Source: Candidatus Bathyarchaeota archaeon (GTDB lineage: Archaea > Thermoproteota > Bathyarchaeia > Bathyarchaeales > Bathycorpusculaceae). From it: 64,000 nt of DNA. This document shows positions 42,086 to 52,800 of this stretch, piece after piece (position 1 is the stretch's first letter; each line of letters begins with the position of its first letter). The notes below the pieces were generated by a model. That model made no database searches. It was given only the letters and a program-made list of their open reading frames with translations, and was not told where the DNA came from. A program made the position numbers and the translations under genes. The stretch covers positions 320,001-384,000 of the forward strand of contig CAWAKC010000003.1 of the NCBI GenBank assembly GCA_963782525.1, given 5' to 3'.

Positions 42086-42676
42086 ATGCAGCGTTTGAAA
42101 ACTTTACGAGAAACGCTTAAACAAGAAAGCGTTGGTCCCATAATTCGCAGGTTCTTCATTAACACATTATTTGATTCTACTTTTATGCTGCTTGGAATAA
42201 TCGTGGGCTCAGCGTTCGCTGGAGCAGCAGCTGGCTTGAAAATAATCATACTCACTATGTTAACGACAAGTCTTGCTTTGGGCATCTCAACGGGTGTAAG
42301 CGTCTATGAAGCTGAGAGCTTAGAACAAGAACGAAAAATTGTAGATCTCGAAAAGGCACTTTTCACTGACCTAAAAGATACACTTATCCAAAAAACCGCC
42401 AAATATACTATAATAATTGCCACGTTAATCAACTTTGCAACACCCTTGTTCGCATGCGCTGTAACGATCACCCCTTTTATGTTTGTAGCCATAGGAATAT
42501 TGCCTCTGGATATAGCTGGGTGGATTTCTGTTGCGCTAGCCTTGAGTACATTATTTGGTGCAGGTGTTTACATTGGACGAATCGGAAAAACGAATCCCTA
42601 TAAAAAAGGGCTAAGGATGGTAGCCTTTGGAGTGCTTGCTTTCGCCATAGGTTTTCTCTTAAACCTACTCATTTGA
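42086..42676 (+). CDS. VIT1/CCC1-like membrane protein (TIGR00267-like)
   Basis: RRFFINTLFD...LLGII; ALGISTGVSVYEAE; adjacent to DUF211. Confidence 0.8.
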   Translation: MQRLKTLRETLKQESVGPIIRRFFINTLFDSTFMLLGIIVGSAFAGAAAGLKIIILTMLTTSLALGISTGVSVYEAESLEQERKIVDLEKALFTDLKDTLIQKTAKYTIIIATLINFATPLFACAVTITPFMFVAIGILPLDIAGWISVALALSTLFGAGVYIGRIGKTNPYKKGLRMVAFGVLAFAIGFLLNLLI

Positions 42677-42684
42677 GTAGCGAT

Positions 42685-42972
42685 TTAAGGTGTGGGTCTT
42701 TGTGAAATCTGCTTTGCCTTTGATACGTTAACTTCATCTACACCTTTAATTGAAACACCGTTTTCTTGTAAGATATTCACAATTCCGCTATATTCAATAT
42801 TGGCGCCCCTGACAGTGAGTTTTATTGTCTCAGTTTTTGCGTCAACGTCAGTTACTACGATATCGCATTCTTCAACCCCGTTTGTAGCACAAATTGCTTG
42901 AGATAGTTCCACAAGAGAGGTTTCTCGTGCTTTTAGAGCCTCGATTAAGACTCGTCGAATGTGAATTGTCAT
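42685..42972 (-). CDS. DUF211 family protein
   Basis: IRRVLIEALK...VTDVDAKTETIKLTVRG..I....GVSIKGVDEV. Confidence 0.8.
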   Translation of the reverse strand: MTIHIRRVLIEALKARETSLVELSQAICATNGVEECDIVVTDVDAKTETIKLTVRGANIEYSGIVNILQENGVSIKGVDEVNVSKAKQISQRPTP

Positions 42973-43198
42973 TATGTTTCTCCGTTCCTAAATACAGAGA
43001 TTATGTTTAAAACTCTTTTTCTAGCTAACAGCGTTAGGAGTTTGTTAGCTTGCGACACAATGCGGGGCTGATATGTGCCTCTCTTTGAAAAAGTTCGATT
43101 TAGACCCAGAATCATCCAGACATAGAGAGACTAAAAATTATTTTTCTTTGCATTACTATTGTTCCTTCCGCAAGACAGGATTGCAGACTTGATAGTCC

Positions 43199-43455
43199 AC
43201 TCTTAGAAGAGGAAAAACGGCTGAATTCCTACTGCAAAGCCCGTTCTTCTTTCCAATAGGCTTAGAAAAGTTGGCTGAGTAAAAGAAGACATTACCCTGC
43301 TTCTTCTTTCAACTTTAAGCTAATTTACTGTTGGATTCACCAGTTAACGGGTAGAAGAAGAAGATTGTTGAATTGCCACTTCTTCTTCTTTCAAATGGTT
43401 TAAGTCGAAAGAACAACAAAAAACAAAATTTTTCAACTGTGTTGTTCTAGAGAAG
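43199..43455. repeat. Cluster of four GAA/TTC or AAC/GTT palindromic elements
   Basis: Examples: GTAGAAGAAGAAGATTGTTGAATTGCCACTTCTTCTTCTTTC and AGAACAAC...GTGTTGTTCT. Confidence 0.75.
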
Positions 43456-43599
43456 GAAATTACACGTGAATAACATAGCAAGGATCATTTTCTTCGGTTA
43501 ATTTAGGCAGAATCTTTTTCTGAGCTGGGATATAAATATGGATTATAAATTACCCAAGTAAACCACAGCAATCTTATCTTTTTTTTGTTTGCGGAACGT

Positions 43600-45636
43600 T
43601 CATGGTTGTAGGTCTTCTGTCTGGCAGAGGACATAAGCGGAGCGAGATGGCAGATAGATGCTGAGCATATTTTGACTTTTCCCTTCAGTGTTGTCTACGA
43701 TAGTGAAGTGAGCCTGCTGGGAGTCCAAGCGCCCGTGTCCTCCGTACTTTTGTGCATCACTGTCTAGTATCATCCGGTATTTTCCAGGAGGAGCTTCAAA
43801 TCGATAATCCGTAAAAGATTGATGGGGATTAAAATTGAAGGCAAAAATCAAATCAGCCCTCTTGAATATAATTACCTTTTGTGTGGAATCCTCATGCAGA
43901 AGTTGCAGGCCAGGTTTTTCAAGTAAGTGGTATGTCTTGGCCATTGCAATCATGTCGCGATCGAAAAGAGCCAGCAAATGATACTTTAGGCGGGGGTCGT
44001 CCGCGAGATGCCATTGTCTAAGAGCGTGTTTGAATGACCAGTTGTTTCCTTCGCGGGGAAAATCTATCCAGTCTGGATGGCCGAATTCGTTGCCCATGAA
44101 ATCTAGATAACCGTTGCTGGCAGTGCTCAGTGTTATCAGCCGAATCATCTTATGCAATGCTATTCCCCGATCGACCTTAGCGTTGTCATCATCGATCCCC
44201 ATGTGATGGTACATGTCTTCCCCGATTAGTCGGAAAATAAGTGTTTGGTCTCCCACTAATGCCTGGTCGTGAGATTCGGCGTAACTAATGGTTTTCTCAT
44301 CTGTTCTGCGGTTGGTAAGTTCGAACCAAAGATGCCCGGTGGGCCAGTCTTCATCTTTGTAATCTTTTATCAGGCGGATCCAGTAATCAGGCACTCCCAT
44401 GGCAAAGCGATAGTCAAAACCGAAACCGCCTTCTAATTGGGGAACAGCTAAGCCCGGCATGCCGCTGACATCTTCGGCTATGGTGATGGCGTCGGGTCGG
44501 ACAGCATGAATTATTCGATTAGCCAAGGCAAGATAGGTGAGGGCATCTTCATCCACACTGTCATCGAAGTAATCGTTGTATGAAGTGAATACTCTCTTGA
44601 GACCGTGTCCCAGGTAAATCATGCTGGTGACGCCATCAAACCGAAAGCCGTCAAAGTGGAATTCGTCTAGCCAATATCGGCAATTGGAAAGTAAAAAATG
44701 CAGAACCTGAGGTTTGCCGTAATCAAAGACGCGTGAATCCCATGCCTTGTGTTTTCCGCGTGGACCTTCATGAAAATATTGAAATAGTGTTCCGTCGAAG
44801 CGGCTTAGTCCTTCTACCTCGTTGGATACTGAGTGGGAATGGATTAGATCCATGGAGACGCTGAGCCCTTTGGCGTGAGCTGTATCGATGAGGAGTTTTA
44901 GATCCTCGGGCGTTCCGTACCGTGATGAAGAGGCGAAAAAGCTTGATACTTGATATCCAAATGAACCATAGTATGGATGTTCTTGAATGGCCATCAACTG
45001 TAACGTATTGTAGCCGGCGTCGACAATTCGAGGAAGCACCCTTAGAGTGAATTCTTGGAAGGACCCGATTTTTTCTTCTTCCTGTGCCATACCGATATGT
45101 GCTTCGTAAATGATAGGGGGTTCTTTAGGTCGTTTGAAATTGGGTTCTTTCCAACAATATGGCTGTGGTGGTGACCATACTTGGGCGTTGAAAATCAATG
45201 TTTTTGGATCTTGGACGACCCGTCGAGCGTATGCCGGGATACGATCGCCTTCGCCTTCTGCCCAATGAATACGGAGTCGATACAGATCGCCATGTTTCAG
45301 TTTGTTGACGGATAGGTGAATTTCCCAGACGCCATATTCGTCGAACCTTTTGAGCTCAAATTCTTTGCTCTCTTGCCATTTACTCATGTCGCCTATCAGG
45401 TAGATTGCTGTTGCGTTTGGAGCCCATTCCCGAAATACCCATTCTCCTCTTTGAAAATGTAGACCGAAGTATTCGTGGCCAGAGGCAAACTCTGATAGGC
45501 TCTTTTTACCCTGTGTAAGGCGATGTTCTGTTTCTTCGATATTTTCCAATCGGTGTCGAATCTGATCAGAAAATGGCGTGAGATAAGAATCGCTTTTCAG
45601 CAGGCGTATTAATCGGTTTTCAGGACCACTCATCAA
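43600..45636 (-). CDS. glgB: 1,4-alpha-glucan branching enzyme, GH13 (GH13_8-like)
   Basis: FREWAPNA, IYEAHIGM, EHPYYGSFGYQV, FDGFRFDGVTSM, AEDVSG, YAESHDQALVGD, FMGNEFGHP. Confidence 0.95.
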   Translation of the reverse strand: MMSGPENRLIRLLKSDSYLTPFSDQIRHRLENIEETEHRLTQGKKSLSEFASGHEYFGLHFQRGEWVFREWAPNATAIYLIGDMSKWQESKEFELKRFDEYGVWEIHLSVNKLKHGDLYRLRIHWAEGEGDRIPAYARRVVQDPKTLIFNAQVWSPPQPYCWKEPNFKRPKEPPIIYEAHIGMAQEEEKIGSFQEFTLRVLPRIVDAGYNTLQLMAIQEHPYYGSFGYQVSSFFASSSRYGTPEDLKLLIDTAHAKGLSVSMDLIHSHSVSNEVEGLSRFDGTLFQYFHEGPRGKHKAWDSRVFDYGKPQVLHFLLSNCRYWLDEFHFDGFRFDGVTSMIYLGHGLKRVFTSYNDYFDDSVDEDALTYLALANRIIHAVRPDAITIAEDVSGMPGLAVPQLEGGFGFDYRFAMGVPDYWIRLIKDYKDEDWPTGHLWFELTNRRTDEKTISYAESHDQALVGDQTLIFRLIGEDMYHHMGIDDDNAKVDRGIALHKMIRLITLSTASNGYLDFMGNEFGHPDWIDFPREGNNWSFKHALRQWHLADDPRLKYHLLALFDRDMIAMAKTYHLLEKPGLQLLHEDSTQKVIIFKRADLIFAFNFNPHQSFTDYRFEAPPGKYRMILDSDAQKYGGHGRLDSQQAHFTIVDNTEGKSQNMLSIYLPSRSAYVLCQTEDLQP

Positions 45637-45669
45637 AATACCTTATTCTGTTTAAAAGGCCTTCTGATG

Positions 45670-45966
45670 TCATGGGATGTACTCTGTAACAAACTCTTCT
45701 GCTTTTTCTGCAGACAGACAATCTGACAGATACATCTTAATGAGTTCTTTCAAAGCATTCCTTCGTAGTTCCTTGTTATGTTGGTTATTTGATGCGTCGT
45801 TGATTTGGCTATTTTGGTTGTTGATCCAGCTGCATGGATTGTTGATGTCATAATTTGGATTGTAGAGGTCACTTTTTGGATTATTCAGGCAGCTATTTGG
45901 ATTGTCGTCTTGTGTCTTCAAGTCTTTTACAATTCTTCTAAAAAGCGAACCGATTGTTTCAGGCAT
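45670..45966 (-). CDS. Hypothetical protein with Asn-Pro heptad repeats
   Basis: NPNSCLN NPKSDLY NPNYDIN NPCSWIN NQNSQIN; GGAG SD. Confidence 0.6.
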   Translation of the reverse strand: MPETIGSLFRRIVKDLKTQDDNPNSCLNNPKSDLYNPNYDINNPCSWINNQNSQINDASNNQHNKELRRNALKELIKMYLSDCLSAEKAEEFVTEYIP

Positions 45967-46022
45967 ACGAATGCTCCTTTGTGACTATTATATTCCTAAG
46001 GTAAAACATTCTTATTAGTCTA

Positions 46023-47269
46023 CTAGAGCAACGATTCGTAGATTTTTAGTGTCTCATCAGCAACTTTGCGCCACGTGAAGTAGTCTAGTACTCTTTTGCG
46101 TCCATTCTCGCCCCAGTTTCGGGCTTTTTCGGGGTTTCGCAGGGTCAATTTTATTCCCCAAGCTATGTCGACGGGATCTTCACCGTTAACATGCACCCCG
46201 TTCTGGTCCGGCCAGAGCTTAATACTTGTTCTCTGAAACCTACCACGCCGCGCGCGCCTACAACCACTGGTTTCTCCATTGCCATAGCCTCCAGGCTAAC
46301 TATTCCGAAGGGTTCATAGACGGAAGGAAATATACATACGTCCGAAGCGGCGTAATGCATAATTCGCTCAGATTCCGAAACAAAATCAAAGCGGCAAGCT
46401 ACGTTATTCTTAATGTTTAGCCTATCTGCTGTTTCAATTATGTCTTGTTCGTCCCCTTTGCCCAGAATAACAAGTTTAGTGTTAGGAAATTCCTTCAAGA
46501 CAGATGGCATTGCTAACAAAAGGTTTCTAGCGCCCTTTACCCAAGATAGCCTTCCAACGAACAGAAGCATGCTCCAGTCCTTTGGAACGCCATATTTTTC
46601 TCGAATCGCTTCAATGTCCTTTGGATCACATTTTGCCATATCGTAACGTTCAGGGTCCACGCCGTTCCAAACTGTGCTTATTTTTGATGGCTCCCAACCG
46701 TGCCTTACTAGATCTTGTTTCATGGCGAAACTAACAGTGATTATTCTGTCTGATTTTTGGGCCATGGCGTCTTCAAAATGTGACACTACTTCTGACCCTT
46801 GACCCTCGCTTCTTCCCCATTCAGTGCTGTGTGTATGGAAGACCACGGGGATTTTTGTTTCATTTTTTATTATGAGACCCGAAATACTGCTAAGCCAATC
46901 GTGTACACAGACAACATCAAAATGGTATTTCTCTTTTTTTATCAGACCATTAATGAATTTAGTCGCGCTGAGAATATTGTACATGAAAATGTCATTGAAG
47001 AATTTTATGTTGGTGCCCCATCTCTTTAAATCGTCAACCACGAAAAATGGAAAAACATTGCTCGCATCAGCAATCAAGGGCCGATGAACCTCCACACCTC
47101 TTATGATTTCTCTGGTTTTCAAATTGCCGCCAAAATTCAGTGTGAAGACTGAAACGTCATGTCCTAAGGCGATATATTCCTGTGTCACGTTTTCAGCATA
47201 TGTACCCAAGCCACCAACAATCGCTGGTGGGTACTCGTAAACAAAAAATCCAATTCTCAAAATGTTCAC
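46023..47269 (-). CDS. GT4 glycosyltransferase (glycogen-synthase-like); 1-nt frameshift near 46212
   Basis: EYPPAIVGGLG, HDWL, HSTEWGR, YEPFGIVSLEAM. Adding one C restores ...SGPDQNGVHVNGEDPVDIAWGI...FTWRKVADETLKIYESLL* (stop 46023-46025). Confidence 0.88.
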
Positions 47270-47474
47270 CTGAATAAAAGTTCCCGACTAATTTCTAATT
47301 GTATTCATAAGGTTCCAAGTACTTAAATGAACTATAATTTTCCCAGCTTTTCATTATGATTTGGTTCAAAACTAGTGTGTATACTGCTGATTGTTTTGTG
47401 TGTGTTTATTAAAAATATTTTTTAAAAAAAGAAATTTGTTTGGGAGTGTTATGATGCGTTTGTTTATCTCTTTT

Positions 47475-47648
47475 TTAGAGTTTTTCTGGGGCGCAGAGAT
47501 TTTCTGCTTTGGCAGCTGTACGATAGCATCCTTTGCAGATGTATTGCGCATCTTTCACAAGTGGCTTAATCTTTTCTATAGGTACTTTGTCCTCTACCAT
47601 TTTGCAGAGGTGATTTTCATGACCCGGATGAGGTTGTGCTTTTGACAA
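47475..47648 (-). CDS. 57-aa Cys/His microprotein (not in ORF track)
   Basis: GGTG SD then TTG: MSKAQPHPGHENHLCKMVEDKVPIEKIKPLVKDAQYICKGCYRTAAKAENLCAPEKL. Confidence 0.7.
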   Translation of the reverse strand: MSKAQPHPGHENHLCKMVEDKVPIEKIKPLVKDAQYICKGCYRTAAKAENLCAPEKL

Positions 47649-47815
47649 AACTTACACCTAAACTACTGGTGCAGTATTGACAAATATACTATTGTGATTG
47701 TGTTTAAGCAACCACATCGTTCTTAGATAAATTGAAAGTTTTAGCCCCAGTGCCATTTCGGATGGTTGGTTTATCAAGGAGAATACCTTGTAAAACCTAA
47801 CTTCTCAAATAAAAC

Positions 47816-47860
47816 AAGAAGAACGGGTGATTTCCTACGGCATGTTTTTCTTCTTCTTTC
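47816..47860. repeat. Palindromic element, 45-bp copy of 53655-53699 (one mismatch)
   Basis: AAGAAGAACGGGTGATTTCCTAC[G/T]GCATGTTTTTCTTCTTCTTTC. Confidence 0.85.
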
Positions 47861-48094
47861 ACCCAAACATGATCATAGAGCAAATGTGAGTTTTTAGGAG
47901 CAAGAATTTTTATCGGTCCCAAGTTATGATTTTTTAGGGTGTATCCAGTCTCTAAAAGAAACAACAAGACACTTTTTCTAAAAAATATTCTTAGGCAATA
48001 TTCAATTAATCAATTCAACCACCCGGATTGTTGGCAATAATTAAATAATTTTATGTTACTGTGTGTTATGTGAAGTAATTGGAGGGCTGCTTCA

Positions 48095-48331
48095 ATGGTG
48101 AAAAATGTTATCGATTTAAACGAAAGGGACAGCCGAGTAATCAACATAGTTAAAGCGAAGTATGGGCTCAAAGATAAAAGCCAAGCTTTGAGCGTAATTA
48201 TCCAGCGTTATGAAGAGTGTGAACTTGAACCCCAGCTTAGACCCGAGTTTGTGAAGGAAATAGAGGACACATTTAAGAACGGTAAATTTGTCAAGGTTAA
48301 GAATTTCGCGGAAGAGATCGGGCTAAAGTGA
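48095..48331 (+). CDS. DUF2683-like antitoxin
   Basis: NIVKAKYGLKDKSQA...LEPQLRPEF; GGAGG SD. Confidence 0.78.
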   Translation: MVKNVIDLNERDSRVINIVKAKYGLKDKSQALSVIIQRYEECELEPQLRPEFVKEIEDTFKNGKFVKVKNFAEEIGLK

Positions 48332-48765
48332 TTGCTTGTACAGCCTTGAAATCGAGGAAGAGAGAAATGACCAAAGAAGAGGTTTACAAAGACTACGGCA
48401 TGTTCAGCGGTGTCAAAAGTAGGTTAAAAACCAAAACACGAAGACCCCCAAAGAAACTAAAACAGTGTTCCAAATGCGGCAGAGTAGGCGACGCAATGAC
48501 GAAACATTCACTCACAGGCGAACATAAGCCACCTTTCATATGGCTGTGCAGACAACCGTGCCACGACGAAGTGCACAAGTTTGGCATAAAAATGACTAAA
48601 GAAGAAAAAGCAGCACTAAAGCGGCAGCCACCATGCAGCGTACAATTTCCCACAAAAGACAACATTGCCAATCCATATACAAAACTAATTGAGCCTGAAT
48701 CGCTGGAAGGGGAAAAATTCAAGCAGTCATTCAAGCGAATAAACTCTGAAAATGAAGAAACATAA
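48328..48765 (+). CDS. Small Zn-binding HNH-like protein (probable start ATG ~48367)
   Basis: CSKCGR...MTKHSLTG...WLCRQPCHDEVH resembles the CxxC...H...LCxxCH HNH pattern. Confidence 0.55.
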   Translation: MIACTALKSRKREMTKEEVYKDYGMFSGVKSRLKTKTRRPPKKLKQCSKCGRVGDAMTKHSLTGEHKPPFIWLCRQPCHDEVHKFGIKMTKEEKAALKRQPPCSVQFPTKDNIANPYTKLIEPESLEGEKFKQSFKRINSENEET

Positions 48766-49464
48766 TAAAAAAGCTGAAAAACAAGTAAAACAATTAACAT
48801 TTTCCAATAGGCTTACACATAGAAAGTCGGCTCAGTTGGGAATTCGAGAAAACCGCAGAGAAAGAAAAATCGTTTGCTGCACAGGGAATTTTTTGGCGCG
48901 CTAGATCGGTTAATAGCCCTTCATATCGGAGGGTGTAGGCGCCGATGTTGCTTTCATAAACAAGCCATATAATCAAAAACTGTTTTTAAGATTATCCTTA
49001 ACTTGTCAGCTATTGATAAAAAGATTAGAGTAAGGTTGTGATGCCCGTTGAAGCTACTTTGAGCTAGTTCGTCTGCGTACTATCTCTGCAGAGGTATTCT
49101 TGTCTGGTAGGGGATTTGTTGATATTGCTTTTACGTCTTTTGCTAATTTGGGTGCGGTTTTATCGCTTTTATTCATATAGCCATCCTCATTTGCAGATGT
49201 GCTTTCTAAGTATTTAAGCGATTGATTAGAGCAGTCTTATATATCAAGTCAGCGCAGACTATCCGCTAAACTACACCCATAAATAGTCAGCTTTAGTCGT
49301 TAGAAGAAGAAAAACGGCGTTTTCCTAACCGAAAAATGACCATTTTTTCTTCAGATAAAAGACCTTATCGTTTTTCGAGCATCCTGTTAATTAAAAACAT
49401 TCAATTATAACATCGCCTGCACAATACTTGTATTATTCTTCAAGTTATTTTTTGATTGAGTTCT

Positions 49465-49680
49465 AGTAGTAGTCGACTTTGCTGCAAATTTCACTTCGAC
49501 AACTACTTCTCTTGATTTAAGAACTTTTTTTTATCGATTACTTTGCTATGTGTTTCAAAAATGTATACTTAGTAGAAGAAGCGCGATTTTTTTAATCTTC
49601 TTCTTTTGACCCATGATCCTTTGGCGCATAGCTTGCTTCTGGTAAAGTCAAGGTAGAAGTTGTTGTTCCTCCTAAAATTT
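49465..49680. repeat. ~215-bp imperfect direct repeat, left copy (made of palindromic units)
   Basis: Colinear with 53241-53455: AGTAGTAGTCGA..., GATTACTTTGC, ACTTAGTAGAAG, TGATCCTTTGGCGCATA, TCAAGGTAGAAGTTGTTGT. Confidence 0.85.
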
Positions 49681-49881
49681 TCTCCTATAACAAATACTAA
49701 GGTACGCGAAAATCGACTGTTGATATGTCCGAAACACAAAGAGATAAATCCAAATTTCAATATATAATAATTAATTCTGCGAAACTATTTCATGGTCTTA
49801 GTTCCGCATTTGTTAATTCAACGGGGTTTGTTTCTCAAGCTCAATTTCTAAGCAGATCAAAAAAGGTCAAAAGAACATTAG

Positions 49882-52800
49882 ATGAAAAATATGAAAAAAT
49901 TACAAAGCTTAATAATCGTACTCATAGTTTTTTTGTCAATCGGCACACTTGCTAGTATGCCAGCCAAAGCTCAAACAAACACTCTTTCTCAATTTGTCTT
50001 TAATACTCTGAGTACTCCTCAGACTGCTGGTTCTGTTTTCACTATAACGATAACGGCTAAGACTCCAAACGGAAACACCTATACAAGCTACACCGGAATT
50101 AACACTTTAACAGTGTCTTCAGGCACGATTACTCCAACTACCACAACCGCCTTCGTAGCAGGCGTCTGGACTGGCCAAGTAAAACTCTCTCAAGCAGGAA
50201 CAGGCATTTCAATCTCAACCAGCGGTTCCGGCAAATCAGGAACAACTAACAAAATCACTGTTAATCCGGGAGCTCTAGACCGTTATATCTTTAGCACTAT
50301 TAGCAGTCCACAAACCGCAGGAAAAGCTTTCAGCATTACGATAACCGCTAAAGATGCAAACAGCAACACAGTTACAAGTTACACTGGAACCAACACTCTA
50401 ACAGCGTCTTTGGGAACGATTACCCCAATAAGTACTTCTGCATTTGTTGGAGGCGTCTGGACAGGGTCCGTTTCACTTTCTGTATCTAGTTCAGGAACTA
50501 CAATCGGTACATCCGGTTCTTCAAAGTCCGGAACAAGCAACTCGTTCAATGTTAATGCGGGGGCTCTTGACCATTTCATTTTTAGCAGTATTGGCATACA
50601 GACAGTAGGCAGTGCTTTCGGCATAACCATTACGGCTAAAGATGCAAGTGGAAACACAGTCACGAGTTATACAGGAACTAACACTTTATCGGCGTCTGCA
50701 GGAACGATAAGTCCAACCAGCACCGGAAAATTTTCATCAGGCATCTGGACAGGTTCAGTAACTCTATCTGCAGCAGGTTCAGCTATTACAATTAGTACAT
50801 CTGGTTCTTCTAAATTAGCAACAAGCAATTCTTTCACTGTTAATTCGCTATCTCTTGACCATTACGTCTTTAATACTATTAGTACCCCCCAGACAGTGGG
50901 TTCCTCTTTCACCATAACAATAACAGCTAAAGCCTCAAACGGAAACACACTTACCAGCTACACTGGAAGACCGACTTTGAGTGTTTCAACTGGAACGATA
51001 AATCCAACCGTCACTGGCGCCTTCTCGAATGGTGTTTGGACAGGTACAGTTACGACGACTATTGCAGGTTCAGACTTAACTATTATGGCTACTGATGGGA
51101 GCCATTCTGGGACGAGTAACCCGTTTAATGTGAATTCGGGTGCCGCTAATCGTTTGGTGGTTTCAAGTGGGACTTCTCAGGTTGTGGGTGTCGCTTTTTC
51201 CGTAACAGTTACGGCTAAAGATGCATATGGAAACACAGCAACAAGCTACACGGGCAGAGTTCATTTTAGCTCTTCCGACGCTGGATCCGGGGTTAGTTTG
51301 CCAAATGATTACAAGTTCCAACCCGGTGATCTTGGAATCCACACCTTCACTAACGGCGTTACATTGATAACGGTTGCCACAGGTGTCTCGTTTACTGCAA
51401 CTGATACGGTGACTGGCTCGATTGCAGGTTCGCAAACTGGCATCACGGTGACTCGAGCTAGCGTTGTTAATGTTGTGGTTTCTCCTTCTGGCTCATCAGT
51501 TACAGCTGGGTCATCCAATACATATTCAGCAACGGCTTTAGACGCCTATGGTAATACTTGGGATATTACTTCTTTGATTACTTGGAGCATAAGTCCTGAG
51601 GCTGGAGGCTCCTGGAGCGGCAACGTTTTCACTTCTGCGGTTGCTGGTTCATGGACAGTTACAGGAACCTATGCCTCCACAGCTTACACTACCGGATTGA
51701 CAGTGAACCCTGCTGGTCTTGACCATTTTATCTTCAACACTGTTACACCTCAGATAACAGGTTCACCTTTTAACATAACGATTACAGCAAAAGACACGTT
51801 TAACAACACAGCTACAAGCTATACAGGTCAGCCGTCTTTGACATATTCTGCAGGGTCGATTAGTCCAGCTAATATGGATCCTTTTGTTAGCGGTGTAGGA
51901 TCCACTTCAGTTACAGTAAGTATTGCTGGTTTAAACGTTACAATTAAAGCTACTGATAGTACTTCCTTTGGAACAAGTAACTCTTTTTCGGTAAATCCCG
52001 CTATTTCTGCATCTGCAGGTGCCGGCGGCGTTATCAATCCTACTGGAAACGTAAGCGTCAACTATTTCGGCAGTCAAAGCTTCAACATTACAGCCAACAC
52101 TGGCTACTCTATTGTCGATGTAATTGCAGATAACATTTCTCTCGGACCAGTTTCAACTTACACCTTCACAGGTGTTCAGGCAACTCACATGATTACAGCT
52201 ATCTTTGCGATTAATACTTTCAATATTTCTGTCTCTGCTGGAGCAGGCGGCTCTATCAGTCCTAGCGGATCTGTTAGCGTTAACTATGGTGACAGTCAAA
52301 CTTTCAATATAACCGCCAACGCCGATTATCACATAGTTGATGTCTTGGTGAATGCAAGTTCAGTTGGCGCTGTTAACTCGTACACCTTCATTAACCTTCA
52401 GAGCCCAAATACCATCTCTGCAATATTTGCTCCAACACCAACGTCCACACCTTCACCAACAACCACTCAGAATTCTGCTCCCACCCAAACACCTAAACCT
52501 ATAGATGCTCCAACTGAAACGCCATCACCAACGCCAAAACCCTCTCCAACTCCGTTGCCAACAGCCGTACCCGCTAAGACAGATAACGGGGCAACAGTTG
52601 AGCTTGCAATCAATGGAAATATTACTAGTTCACAAATATCCAACGCTGCAATCACAACAAACCAAACTACTGCAACAACCACAGTGTCCTTCACAATAAC
52701 AGGAACAAACGGATCAGTAGGTTTGGGCAATATGACTATTCCAAAAACCGCTATACAGCTCGGAATATCCCCAGTCATTTACATAGACGGCCAGCAAGCC

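Noticed and set aside
46163-46215. Programmed frameshift in the GT4 gene (and in tfb)
   Set aside because: No slippery heptamer or stimulatory structure seen; simple indel mutation or sequencing error is more likely.
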